From: Promethearchaeati archaeon SRVP18_Atabeyarchaeia-1
GTDB taxonomy: Archaea > Asgardarchaeota > Atabeyarchaeia > Atabeyarchaeales > Atabeyarchaeaceae
Assembly: GCA_037308085.1 (NCBI GenBank)
Contig: CP147779.1
Location: forward strand, 1,632,001 to 1,696,000
DNA length: 64,000 nt
Direction: 5' to 3'
A program made the position numbers and the translations under genes. Positions 10,213 through 19,059 of this stretch are shown here, piece after piece. A model generated the notes under the pieces. The model made no database searches, had not been told where the DNA came from, and was given only the letters and a program-made list of their open reading frames with translations. The stretch's first letter is position 1; every line of letters starts with the position of its first letter.

Positions 10213-10269
10213 TCAAGTCGCAAGTCGCTTGCCTGCTTCCTGCACTCGCATGATACGCCTATTCCTCAT
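10213..10269 (-). pseudogene. stub resembling the N-terminal HTH of an IS607 TnpA
   Basis: MRNRRIMRVQEAGKRLAT* directly upstream of tnpB. Confidence 0.45.
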
Positions 10270-10322
10270 CCACACCTACTTACCAAGTCGCGCTATATTA
10301 AGCCCCAGAAAAGCCAATTGAT

Positions 10323-10480
10323 GGGGTTGGCTATTCCTACTTGAAGTGCAGAGCATGCGGCTTCGAGGCGAACCGAGACTGCGTCGCAAGCCTCAACATT
10401 GCCTTCAGGGCGGCCCAAACGAAAGACACGCCAAGAGCCTGCAAGATGTGCCAGTTTCCCGAGGGGGAGCGTCTCCTTCA
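10323..10480 (+). pseudogene. tnpB 3' remnant (zinc ribbon/RuvC-III), copy 1
   Basis: GYSYLKCRACGFEANRDCVASLNIA; similar to 12462-12638. Confidence 0.8.
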
Positions 10481-11043
10481 GGATGTGCTAACAATTACTA
10501 AATTAGTAGACAAAGATTGATGAAGACAGAAGGGCATAATGGGAATCGAAGTTCTTCCGCCGGCTATTGATATGGATCGTTTGATCCGCCTATTGAAGAA
10601 GAAGAGTAAGACGAGATCATTGAAGGAAGCTCGAAAGATTGAGGCTTAAATAAAGGAGCCTGAATTCTCATAAGATGGAAGATAAGGCGACCCCAGCCGG
10701 GACCGCAGGTGCGCATTCAAGCCTGAAGCCCAATAGGTTTCAACTAGGGTTGCCTGTGGCCGAGCGTGCTTCTTGAATGGTGCTGTGCCGACGGATTGCA
10801 CGATATACAGGAGACCAAGGAAAGCCGAAGGTTAGGTTGGGCGTTTGTCTGAGTGGTCTGCGACATCGATTGTGGGATCATTAACTCTCAGGTGATGAGT
10901 ACACTTCATGCTTGGGATCAGAATTATGCAACCTTCAATATGACTACGTGATTGCAGAGACAGTGTGTATTAATATAGGATTGTCAAGTCATACCATATT
11001 GATCAATGCAGTTGGAGCAACTCCTGGAGGCTGGAAACGGGAA

Positions 11044-11526
11044 ATGGTGTTCAGGATTTTTCTGAGTCACAGCACGCGCGATCAAGGAATAGTAGTGACC
11101 TTGGCAAATTTGATGACGAAGCTTGGGATAGAGGTGTTGGTGGCGGAGTGGTACTTGACTCCAGGGAGCAGTCTTGACGAGAAGGTTTTCCAACAGATTG
11201 ATGAGTCTGATTCAGTGGTTGTTCTATTGACGCAAAATGGAGTAAGATCGAACTGGGTCAATCAGGAACTTGGGTATGCGTTGAAGGCTGGGAAGCCAGT
11301 TATTCCCCTTGTGGAGAAGGGAATCGCTGAGAGGCAATTGGGATCGTTACAGGGAAAAGAGTACATAGAATATGATCCGGATCAGCCTCAACAGTCATTG
11401 ACTAAGGCATCGGCCTTCATGAACTCCCTGAAACTAGATAAGGAGAATAGGGAGAAAGGCTTGCTCGTCATTGGAGGCATTGTTCTCCTACTTTTATTGC
11501 TTTCAGGAACAGGAGGTGCCAGATAA
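11044..11526 (+). CDS. TIR-domain protein with C-terminal membrane anchor
   Basis: IFLSHS, SNWVNQELGYA (catalytic Glu), hydrophobic tail LLVIGGIVLLLLLL. Confidence 0.9.
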   Translation: MVFRIFLSHSTRDQGIVVTLANLMTKLGIEVLVAEWYLTPGSSLDEKVFQQIDESDSVVVLLTQNGVRSNWVNQELGYALKAGKPVIPLVEKGIAERQLGSLQGKEYIEYDPDQPQQSLTKASAFMNSLKLDKENREKGLLVIGGIVLLLLLLSGTGGAR

Positions 11527-11567
11527 TTAGTGCAATCACATATGACGCCTCACAAGACAGAGAGATT

Positions 11568-11885
11568 TTGACCTTGCACCCAGATCACTTCTACAAGTCC
11601 AGGCCCAAGGTGGAGAAGGGATCTTTCAAAATCTGGTGGGATGATGAAGGACAGATCTGTGCCGTAGTCATTACTGACTTTGTGAAGGAGCTAGAGAAAT
11701 TCACGAACACTATGCATTCGATAAAGTTGGGGGGCATATGGAAAGGCATAGAAATTACTGAGAAGGATATCGCGGAGGCGCGCAGAGACCTGCTGAGAAA
11801 ACTCGAAGAGAAGTGGCGGGCGGATGAGGATACCGAGCAAACAGATGAGAACTCAAAGAGAGACCTTGAAGAGGCGCATAGCTGA
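11568..11885 (+). CDS. putative antitoxin
   Basis: Stop overlaps the PIN gene start; KLGGIWKGIEITEKDIAEARR tail typical of PIN-toxin partners. Confidence 0.6.
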   Translation: MTLHPDHFYKSRPKVEKGSFKIWWDDEGQICAVVITDFVKELEKFTNTMHSIKLGGIWKGIEITEKDIAEARRDLLRKLEEKWRADEDTEQTDENSKRDLEEAHS

Positions 11886-12277
11886 TGCCGTTCGTTGCCG
11901 ACACTCATGCACTAGTCTGGTACATGACGGACAACCCGTCCCTGTCCCTAACAGCTAAAAAGATCTTTCAGAGAGCTGACGGTGGAGAAGAGAAGATTCA
12001 CATTCCCTGCATAGTCTTTTTCGAACTGCTTTACCTTGTAGAGAAGGGAAAGGTTGGAATTGCTTTTGGTGACTTTGTCTCGATGTTTACTTTTTCGAGT
12101 AACTACGTAGTTGAGCCAGTATGGGTGCCAGTCATCAAGAAAAGTTCTGAAATCCCGGACGGAATAGTCCCTGATCCTTGGGATAGACTCATTGCTGCCA
12201 CATCGATGCATCTGAATCTCCCTTTGATAACGCGAGACAGGACTCTTCGGAGAATCGGATTAAGAACAATCTGGTAG
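11885..12277 (+). CDS. vapC: PIN-domain (VapC) toxin
   Basis: DTHALVW, DPWDRLIAAT, LITRD. Confidence 0.9.
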   Translation: MPFVADTHALVWYMTDNPSLSLTAKKIFQRADGGEEKIHIPCIVFFELLYLVEKGKVGIAFGDFVSMFTFSSNYVVEPVWVPVIKKSSEIPDGIVPDPWDRLIAATSMHLNLPLITRDRTLRRIGLRTIW

Positions 12278-12461
12278 ATCAACTATCAGTTTCCAAAACC
12301 ATATGGTTTTATAGAGAGTTACTCAGTTTTTTTGCTGAGACCGCTTGACATGGTTTTGTCCTCTCTTAGTAGATGTACTTGTTTGGCTTCTCTCCTTTCT
12401 TGACGCATTCTCGGCTTGATGTGTTCCACCCGATCTCGCCGCTCTGTAGCTTCTTGAACCT

Positions 12462-12638
12462 GTCCACGGCGAAGGCGAACTGGGTCGGCTACTCCTACTT
12501 CAAGTTCCCTGCATGTGGCTTTGAGGCAAACCGTGACCGCGTGGCGAGCCTCAACATCGCCCTCAGGGCGGTCCAAGCACAAGACACACCAAGCGCCGAC
12601 AGGATGGGCCAGTTTCCTGGGGGGAGCGCCTCCGTCAG
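12462..12638 (+). pseudogene. tnpB 3' remnant, copy 2
   Basis: NWVGYSYFKFPACGFEANRDRVASLNIALRA. Confidence 0.8.
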
Positions 12639-12679
12639 TAAGGTAAACAATAAAGTTACTTCGCAAGTAGTCGCATTAG

Positions 12680-12810
12680 AGGTACACTCATCTAGCAGTT
12701 ATCAGTTATAGCGTGATAGCGAACTGCTAGACAAGTGTACCCAATATGTCAATAAACCCGCCTTACCTTAAAAAACAATAAGGAATCGATCTCCTCACTT
12801 GCTCGATCTC
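12680..12810 (-). repeat. promoter + leader hairpin element, copy 1
   Basis: Homologous to 18515-18648; GGTACACT/AGTGTACC and TCTAGCAGTT/AACTGCTAGA arms; minus-strand TTTTTAAG box. Confidence 0.8.
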
Positions 12811-12946
12811 TTGTGGGCTTTTATCTTCTGTCAATCTCTAAGACTAGCCGTCTCGACAAACCACGTAAGAGGTCTTGCTAGGACTCCTGACTTAAACGGG
12901 CGTGCGCGTCCGACCTCACACATTCTCCGCAGCGCATTAGGGAGCG

Positions 12947-14098
12947 CTATTTTTCAAATCTAGCGAGCAGTTCCTTTAATCCTACATTATAGCCTTGTCT
13001 GAAATCGGCGTACTCCTTGTCTGCAATGAGTGGGGGTATCTTGCATTTTTGAAGCAAAACAGGTAATACGACCACAGATTTCATCTGCAGTTCTTTCATC
13101 AATGCCGCATTAAGCTCTTTCCTAACCCAATTGGATCTGACGGATGCTTTTGAAAGAACAGTAATAAAGTAATCATTCTTTTCGATTCCTTCGTTTATCT
13201 TATCAAGTAGTGAGTCTCCTACTCTTATTTCCCATTTGTCAATCCAGATCTTTATGTTAGCGCGCTCTAAGTCTTCTACTAAACGATCAACGAATATTGA
13301 GTCCCGATGGGAATAGCATATGAACACGTGATCTGACCGCTTTAAATCATTCTTACTAGGCATACTCTTTGCCCCCAACAACCTGTCTGCTTCAGCGTTC
13401 CTCTCTCGCTCGGCACGCCGATCATCGAGAATGGCTTCTCTAAATCCTCTTGCTTTTTCTTCCAAGTCCTCTAGACCAACTACCCTAACTCTTTCATTTT
13501 TGCGAAAATAGGACATAAGGACGTCAAGGTATGGCTCTCCGTCGTCAAACACGATTTCGTCGGTCATTAGATGTGCTTTAACTTTGGACTCTCTCAATAG
13601 TATTTTCCAATGATTTCGCTTGAACATTCTAAATAGCTTCTCTACTTCATTTCTCCTATTTTGCTTTCTCTCCGACTCCTTTTTCATACGATAATTCCTG
13701 ACGTACGGTAAAATGAGATACACGAATATCGCTGGTAACACCCACCAAACTATCGCAATCGGTCCTAAGATGAAGAAAACAGAGATAGCTGACGATGATG
13801 GCAAAATGTAGCTAGGCAAGAAATATGGTAGATACAATATGAAAAGTGAGCCAACTGTTAAGACACCACCAACAATACCCCAATACAGCAGTAACTCATT
13901 ATCCCAGTCGTGGATGAGAGTAGGCACAAATAATATTGGCAAAAACACCCACCAAACTATTGTAATCGTTCCTAGAATGAAGAAAGCATCGATAGAGAAA
14001 AATGACGGTACAAACCATATGAAACATGAGACAAAAATCAAGCCAATGCCGATAGTAAGCCAATACTTGAGAAAATCACCCCAATCATACCAGCTCAA
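12947..14098 (-). CDS. multi-TM protein with C-terminal TIR domain
   Basis: 4 N-terminal TMs; VFICYSHRD, IWIDKWEI.VGDSL, SNWVRKEL. Confidence 0.9.
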   Translation of the reverse strand: MSWYDWGDFLKYWLTIGIGLIFVSCFIWFVPSFFSIDAFFILGTITIVWWVFLPILFVPTLIHDWDNELLLYWGIVGGVLTVGSLFILYLPYFLPSYILPSSSAISVFFILGPIAIVWWVLPAIFVYLILPYVRNYRMKKESERKQNRRNEVEKLFRMFKRNHWKILLRESKVKAHLMTDEIVFDDGEPYLDVLMSYFRKNERVRVVGLEDLEEKARGFREAILDDRRAERERNAEADRLLGAKSMPSKNDLKRSDHVFICYSHRDSIFVDRLVEDLERANIKIWIDKWEIRVGDSLLDKINEGIEKNDYFITVLSKASVRSNWVRKELNAALMKELQMKSVVVLPVLLQKCKIPPLIADKEYADFRQGYNVGLKELLARFEK

Positions 14099-14323
14099 AC
14101 TATCAGCTCCTATTGCGTCTCAAAATGATCACGCAGCGCGCGCTAGTAGTGATCGTCCAGTGTGCTAAAATTGCTAAAGATCATGAATCAATCAAAGAAG
14201 TTAAAGAGTTAAAGCCAAACTTCTTTGACTATCTCTCATGAGTTCCCCCAAACTCTTCTTTGGCGAGCGCCCTTTATCTTTTCCGATGTCAGAACGAATC
14301 AGTGTCTCTTAGAGAAAGTACTA

Positions 14324-14917
14324 TCATCGTCTCCAGTAGATATCCCACTTTTTCCTCTGACTGGAATAATTATTTCGCATGCGCCCATTGTTGTGTCTCC
14401 TTACGTTAGCCCAAACGAAAGTAAGATAGTTTTTCATCCATTCTTCTCTTGCAACTCTTCTTTCGATGAAGTCTCCCGACAACTCATCGTCATACAATAC
14501 GAACATATATGCGTGGCGTAAATCTGTCTTGAGCGTTCTTAATTTCTCAAGGTCTTTATTGATGCTAGGAATTTGTAAGCCGTCTAATTGGCACTTCAAT
14601 TCGATGGCGTCTACAAGTTGTGTACCTTTATAAATCGTGATATCTGGCTTTACAAATGTATCTTCCTTGGTCGGTCCATGGCTCAATTCAATGAGCGGTT
14701 GTGACCTTAGAAACCATCGTTCGCTTCTTTCATTTTCGAAATACTTTCTTAGCCAATAATAAGCTGCAGCTTGCATATCAAACTCTGAATAAACGAAATT
14801 TGAATACCAATCCTCAACAAGCTTCTCAGGGAGATCATTCAATATCCATGAATCAGCCTTCGATTCTCCTGGTGATTCTCTTACCTTCCTCAACTCATTA
14901 GCACTCATTTCATTCAC
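14324..14917 (-). CDS. PD-(D/E)XK nuclease-like protein
   Basis: KPDITI...AIELK...DLEKL. Confidence 0.65.
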   Translation of the reverse strand: MNEMSANELRKVRESPGESKADSWILNDLPEKLVEDWYSNFVYSEFDMQAAAYYWLRKYFENERSERWFLRSQPLIELSHGPTKEDTFVKPDITIYKGTQLVDAIELKCQLDGLQIPSINKDLEKLRTLKTDLRHAYMFVLYDDELSGDFIERRVAREEWMKNYLTFVWANVRRHNNGRMRNNYSSQRKKWDIYWRR

Positions 14918-14961
14918 CTACTTCTCCTCACAGGCTTTCCGTGCCTCCCGCACCCAATACG

Positions 14962-15128
14962 ATAACCACGCTCTACCTTAAAAATAGTAAAGGAATTGAT
15001 CCCCTTACTTCCCGCTCGACCTCTATCAAGTGCTATGGCTTCTGATACCTATATCTGAAAAGGGGTGTCTCAACTTTGTGACCGAAATGTAGACGGCTCA
15101 TCTTTTCGATAGCATCCTTCATGTCTTC
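14962..15128. repeat. direct repeat A (112-bp exact core 14971-15082)
   Basis: Identical to 18595-18706; diverged flanks. Confidence 0.92.
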
Positions 15129-15884
15129 GTCAATATCGGTGGAGAAGAATGCCTTATGATCGTAGCCCCAATGTGTTTTGGTTTCTGGTATGAGCACTTC
15201 TTGACTCCACAGATATTTTACGCTCGGATAATGAACCACGTTCAGCAGGAAAGCTCCTGCCAACGCATTGAGAGCATTGTCTACGTTTGCTTTCTCAATG
15301 GAAGAAGACCATTCGTGCTTTAGATCATTGTACGCCATCCACCAATCAGGAACAATATGCGCTCCGTACTTACTCCGATCGAACTTCTCGAATGGTCTGA
15401 GTGGTATCTCTCCATACCAACTTGACTTCGCCACCAACTCTGCTCCACTATTAGATGATAGTTCATAGATCGATTCAAAGGCATCTCTCGCAACGAAAAT
15501 ACTGTAATCCTTCTCTACCTTCTTACCGTTCTTGTCGGTCTCCCACCATGCCTTTTCAATGGCATCTCTGCTTTTGTCGAATTTCATGAAGTCAGGAAAG
15601 TCTCTCATCTGCTTAAAGACATCATCCATGTATCCGCATACCCTCAAAATCAAGTCGAGTAGCTTAGGTGAGAAACCACATCTGTTTCTATCTGCATAGG
15701 GGACATACTCAAAGAACCTGATCAGATCAGTCTCGTAGTATCCATATAATGTCCAACAGAGACCTTTCTCAAAGGCAGTTCCACTTTGGTTTCTCGGCAG
15801 GATCATTCCCCTCTCCGCTTGTCGATCACAACTATCATGACTCTGCCCATACGAAGAAGACGAGAGCGTACTTGAATCCATCAT
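15033..15884 (-). CDS. hypothetical protein, possibly HEPN-like
   Basis: PDWWMAYNDLKH (NxxKH) motif; helical. Confidence 0.55.
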   Translation of the reverse strand: MMDSSTLSSSSYGQSHDSCDRQAERGMILPRNQSGTAFEKGLCWTLYGYYETDLIRFFEYVPYADRNRCGFSPKLLDLILRVCGYMDDVFKQMRDFPDFMKFDKSRDAIEKAWWETDKNGKKVEKDYSIFVARDAFESIYELSSNSGAELVAKSSWYGEIPLRPFEKFDRSKYGAHIVPDWWMAYNDLKHEWSSSIEKANVDNALNALAGAFLLNVVHYPSVKYLWSQEVLIPETKTHWGYDHKAFFSTDIDEDMKDAIEKMSRLHFGHKVETPLFRYRYQKP

Positions 15885-16348
15885 TTCTTTTGGGTGTATA
15901 CTATCTTTTGTATTGTGTTACAACTCTCCTCAAGATTCTTCTCGTCATCGCGGATAATATCTTCATAAAACTGAATGTCTCTTCTTACTTTCTTAAGTGT
16001 ATTCTCGTCATTTTGTCTGTGTAAGCAATATTCCTTACCCCTGTTCTTACAGCCACCAGATGTATACGCGTACCGAGTACACTCCCCCTTTTTTGAGCAA
16101 TCAGCTAGCAACGATACGAAAAATCTCTCAGAATCCTTCCGCTCGTCCCTGAGAATCCTGTTCTTGATCAGCCTATCGTGTATGCCATTTATCCTTTCGA
16201 GCATGATATTCAAGTTCTTTCTGGTAGCTCTATCCTTAATCACAGTAAGAAGTGTATTCAAAAGCTTAACTGTATCACCCGCTATTTCAGACATTTCCCT
16301 CTGCCTCCCTCGCTCCCTATTCCTCAAGGAATCGGCACGTAATCCCAA
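15881..16348 (-). CDS. hypothetical protein
   Basis: Overlaps both neighbours; Cys cluster and coiled coil; true start probably at MSEIAG. Confidence 0.55.
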   Translation of the reverse strand: MGLRADSLRNRERGRQREMSEIAGDTVKLLNTLLTVIKDRATRKNLNIMLERINGIHDRLIKNRILRDERKDSERFFVSLLADCSKKGECTRYAYTSGGCKNRGKEYCLHRQNDENTLKKVRRDIQFYEDIIRDDEKNLEESCNTIQKIVYTQKK

Positions 16349-18462
16349 TAACCGATCTGATCCAGACGCTTAGATACCTCGTCTTTCATCCCTTTCCTAC
16401 ACTTTGCGGTATCTACCTTCGATTGTCTGATTAACTCAACGACTTCGCCTATAGTATGACCGTCATAGACAAGGCAGTCCTTACATAAATTGAACAGGTA
16501 CTCAACGCCCTTGGTGAGACTTTCGCCACCGAACCTGAAAACCTTGTTAGTGCCAAAGAAGCCGATCTTCTCCTTGGCGTAGTTGGCGAATAAGGCGTGG
16601 AGAGCCGAATAGGCTAAGATCTCCAGCGTTTCCCGTCTTGAAGTGTCTGGGAGATGAACATAGGCATTGTCGAAATAAATAGGGTGCAGTATATCAGTCA
16701 TAGATGTCCAAAACGCACGAGCGCCAACAGACACGCTCCAGAGCCCATAAAACAATTCATCTGGCACGTTTGGGATTCCCACTACCTTCTTTACATTTTC
16801 GGGTACGACTTCAGAGCCTCCTTTTGCTACATCCAAATGAAATACCTTCGGTGCTGGCGCGTTAAATGTGTCGCAATGCTGAACAGCAATCTCTCCTCTT
16901 ATCACTTCCCTGTTGTCGTATGCCCATCCGTCCTTCAATAGAGGCATCTTCTTGAAGACGGTTTTTTTCGTACCGCCACTCTTGTCTACGAATTCAAAAC
17001 TCAGATCAAGATGTTTGGAATTTGTGTTCGGCGCGTACTCCCAGATTGTAAAAGCAATAGGTTTGATCTTGCTAATGTCGTGGAAGTAGTTGCCCGCAAA
17101 AATGTAACCCTTTAGGAACCTGAAGTCCTTCAGCAACGCGGTCAAGAGTTTCATATAGCGTTCTCTGCCACAGAACAAACCGAATGGTGAGAAGAAAGCC
17201 AAACAACAGGTCTCATGAGCCTTGGCGATCTCGATGAGCCTTCCGACGATGGGCAAGAACAGGTCGCCTTTCCCGTACTTCTCCAATACGCGAGGATACT
17301 CCTGCCCAACCACTGTCGATGACTGCTTTCTTGATAACTTCCCGTTCATTTCCCCCTTCTTTGACACCAACACGTTAGTTGACGTTGTCCCAAATGGTGG
17401 ATTTGTGTAGAGCAGTAACTTCTTGTCAGCAGGTACATCCCAAGCCTTAATCAGAACATCGGTTAAAGTATTGACCACATCAAGTGTGGTGAACTTCCAC
17501 TCATACCCGCTAAATATCTTCTTGCAGTTTTCTATGTGGCTACTGCTAATATCATTCATGGCTCCCTTGATTTGTGGAACGATGTTCTTTATCAATGATC
17601 CTCCGCCAACACATGGTTCAACAACATAATCTGGTTTAGTCAATCCCAGTATTTCATCAGCTACCTTGTCGCCGATCTCCTCCTCAGTCCAGAAAACCCC
17701 ATATTCACGCCTCTTCTTTCGAGATAGAAGACGATCCAACTCGTGGAGAATTTCTGCAAGGTCTTCGTGCTTAACACGCAGAGACTCAAACCAAGAAGCG
17801 TCAATCGGCTTTATCGCTAGGTGCTTGGGTTTGTGAGTCCCTCCGTACTCTGTCGGTAGTTCGCTTAGCTTTCTCTCGTCACTGCGTTCGTTAGTGAATC
17901 TCTCTGGCTTGTCCATGTTCACAAGCCAACCGTCTTTGTTAACTTTGATAATGTCATCCTCGCCTACTCCGTCAAGCCAGTTGACCAAATGATCAAGTTC
18001 TATTCTATACTTGTCAGTCATCAACTTGATTGAGTTTATGTTGTCCTTATTTATGAAGAGAAATTTTGATGTCGGCAATTCCAGTTCTATGATCTTGTCA
18101 GGCTCGCCTAAGATCTTCTCGGCTTGCTCGTTTAGTCCTGGTTTGTCCGCTTCGTTTGATTCGAATGCCAGCCTTGGATCAAAACTCATGACAAAAGTCG
18201 ATATTCTCTCAAAAGAAGGTCGTGAATACAACTTGACAACTCTATTATCTGCGACGCCAAGATATTTCGCGTCCTTGATTCCTTCCTTCGCTATTGCGTG
18301 AAGTAACTGGGCGGGCGCAAAATGGTCAGGCTTGACCTCTATATAGACTCTGTTCTTCTCATCTGCGATATCGCAAAAGCTGTCTATGAACTTGAACTTG
18401 AAGCCGAGTGTAGTTTTGTTCAAGTAGTCTTTTATCTTCAAGGACAACGCTTTTTCACTCAT
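16324..18462 (-). CDS. fused restriction endonuclease-amino methyltransferase (type IIG/ISP-like)
   Basis: N-terminal CDIAD...YIEVK; GVFWT, EPCVGGGSL (motif I), YTNPPF (motif IV). Confidence 0.8.
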   Translation of the reverse strand: MSEKALSLKIKDYLNKTTLGFKFKFIDSFCDIADEKNRVYIEVKPDHFAPAQLLHAIAKEGIKDAKYLGVADNRVVKLYSRPSFERISTFVMSFDPRLAFESNEADKPGLNEQAEKILGEPDKIIELELPTSKFLFINKDNINSIKLMTDKYRIELDHLVNWLDGVGEDDIIKVNKDGWLVNMDKPERFTNERSDERKLSELPTEYGGTHKPKHLAIKPIDASWFESLRVKHEDLAEILHELDRLLSRKKRREYGVFWTEEEIGDKVADEILGLTKPDYVVEPCVGGGSLIKNIVPQIKGAMNDISSSHIENCKKIFSGYEWKFTTLDVVNTLTDVLIKAWDVPADKKLLLYTNPPFGTTSTNVLVSKKGEMNGKLSRKQSSTVVGQEYPRVLEKYGKGDLFLPIVGRLIEIAKAHETCCLAFFSPFGLFCGRERYMKLLTALLKDFRFLKGYIFAGNYFHDISKIKPIAFTIWEYAPNTNSKHLDLSFEFVDKSGGTKKTVFKKMPLLKDGWAYDNREVIRGEIAVQHCDTFNAPAPKVFHLDVAKGGSEVVPENVKKVVGIPNVPDELFYGLWSVSVGARAFWTSMTDILHPIYFDNAYVHLPDTSRRETLEILAYSALHALFANYAKEKIGFFGTNKVFRFGGESLTKGVEYLFNLCKDCLVYDGHTIGEVVELIRQSKVDTAKCRKGMKDEVSKRLDQIGYWDYVPIP

Positions 18463-18514
18463 AGTCTTCTCCCCTCCCCACAACCTTGAAGGAATTTACA
18501 GGCACACACAACAA

Positions 18515-18752
18515 AGGTACACCCATCTAGCAGGTATCAGTTAAAGCGTGATAGCGACCTACTAGACAATTATACCCATATGACCATAACCACACTCTAC
18601 CTTAAAAATAGTAAAGGAATTGATCCCCTTACTTCCCGCTCGACCTCTATCAAGTGCTATGGCTTCTGATACCTATATCTGAAAAGGGGTGTCTCAACTT
18701 TGTGACGGAAACGTAGACGACTCATCTATTCGACGGCATCCTTCATGTCTTC
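18515..18752. repeat. leader hairpin/promoter copy 2 plus direct repeat B containing a duplicated 3' end of ORF 15033-15884
   Basis: Direct sequence comparison; offset 3624 bp from repeat A. Confidence 0.9.
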
Positions 18753-19059
18753 ATCTTCCATATGTCGCTATCACGCTCCTGCTAGAAAAACCGTCTTTCC
18801 CTGAGAAAAAGGAGACCGCTGAAGGTTCCAAGGCTTCAAGATACTTCCTGCAATGTACTCAGGTTTGCTGAATGCAACTTATCTGTGCTGGGAGTGGTAA
18901 TTTTTGCTGTTGCTTGTTTTATTGCTTCGACTGCCAGCGGAGGCAAATATGAACGCGTTGGTGAACGAAGGGCCAGACGTTGGATGAAAGAGTGTTCTTG
19001 AATTTCAACGTTAAAGGCACATTTCTAGGTTCTTGAGGGTGATCGGTGATGCCTCTTTT

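Larger units (their letters stand above)
8600..10320 (-). mobile_element. non-autonomous IS607-like element (tnpA stub + tnpB + structured 3' RNA)
   Basis: GC-rich segment containing tnpB, an 18-codon HTH-like stub and 3' hairpins; ends approximate. Confidence 0.65.

Noticed and set aside
10539-10649. 36-aa ORF MGIEVLPPAIDMDRLIRLLKKK...
   Set aside because: Too short and without a recognisable motif; may be a remnant
8430-10900. CRISPR array making the TnpB-like protein a Cas12f
   Set aside because: No regularly spaced direct repeats here or anywhere in the window
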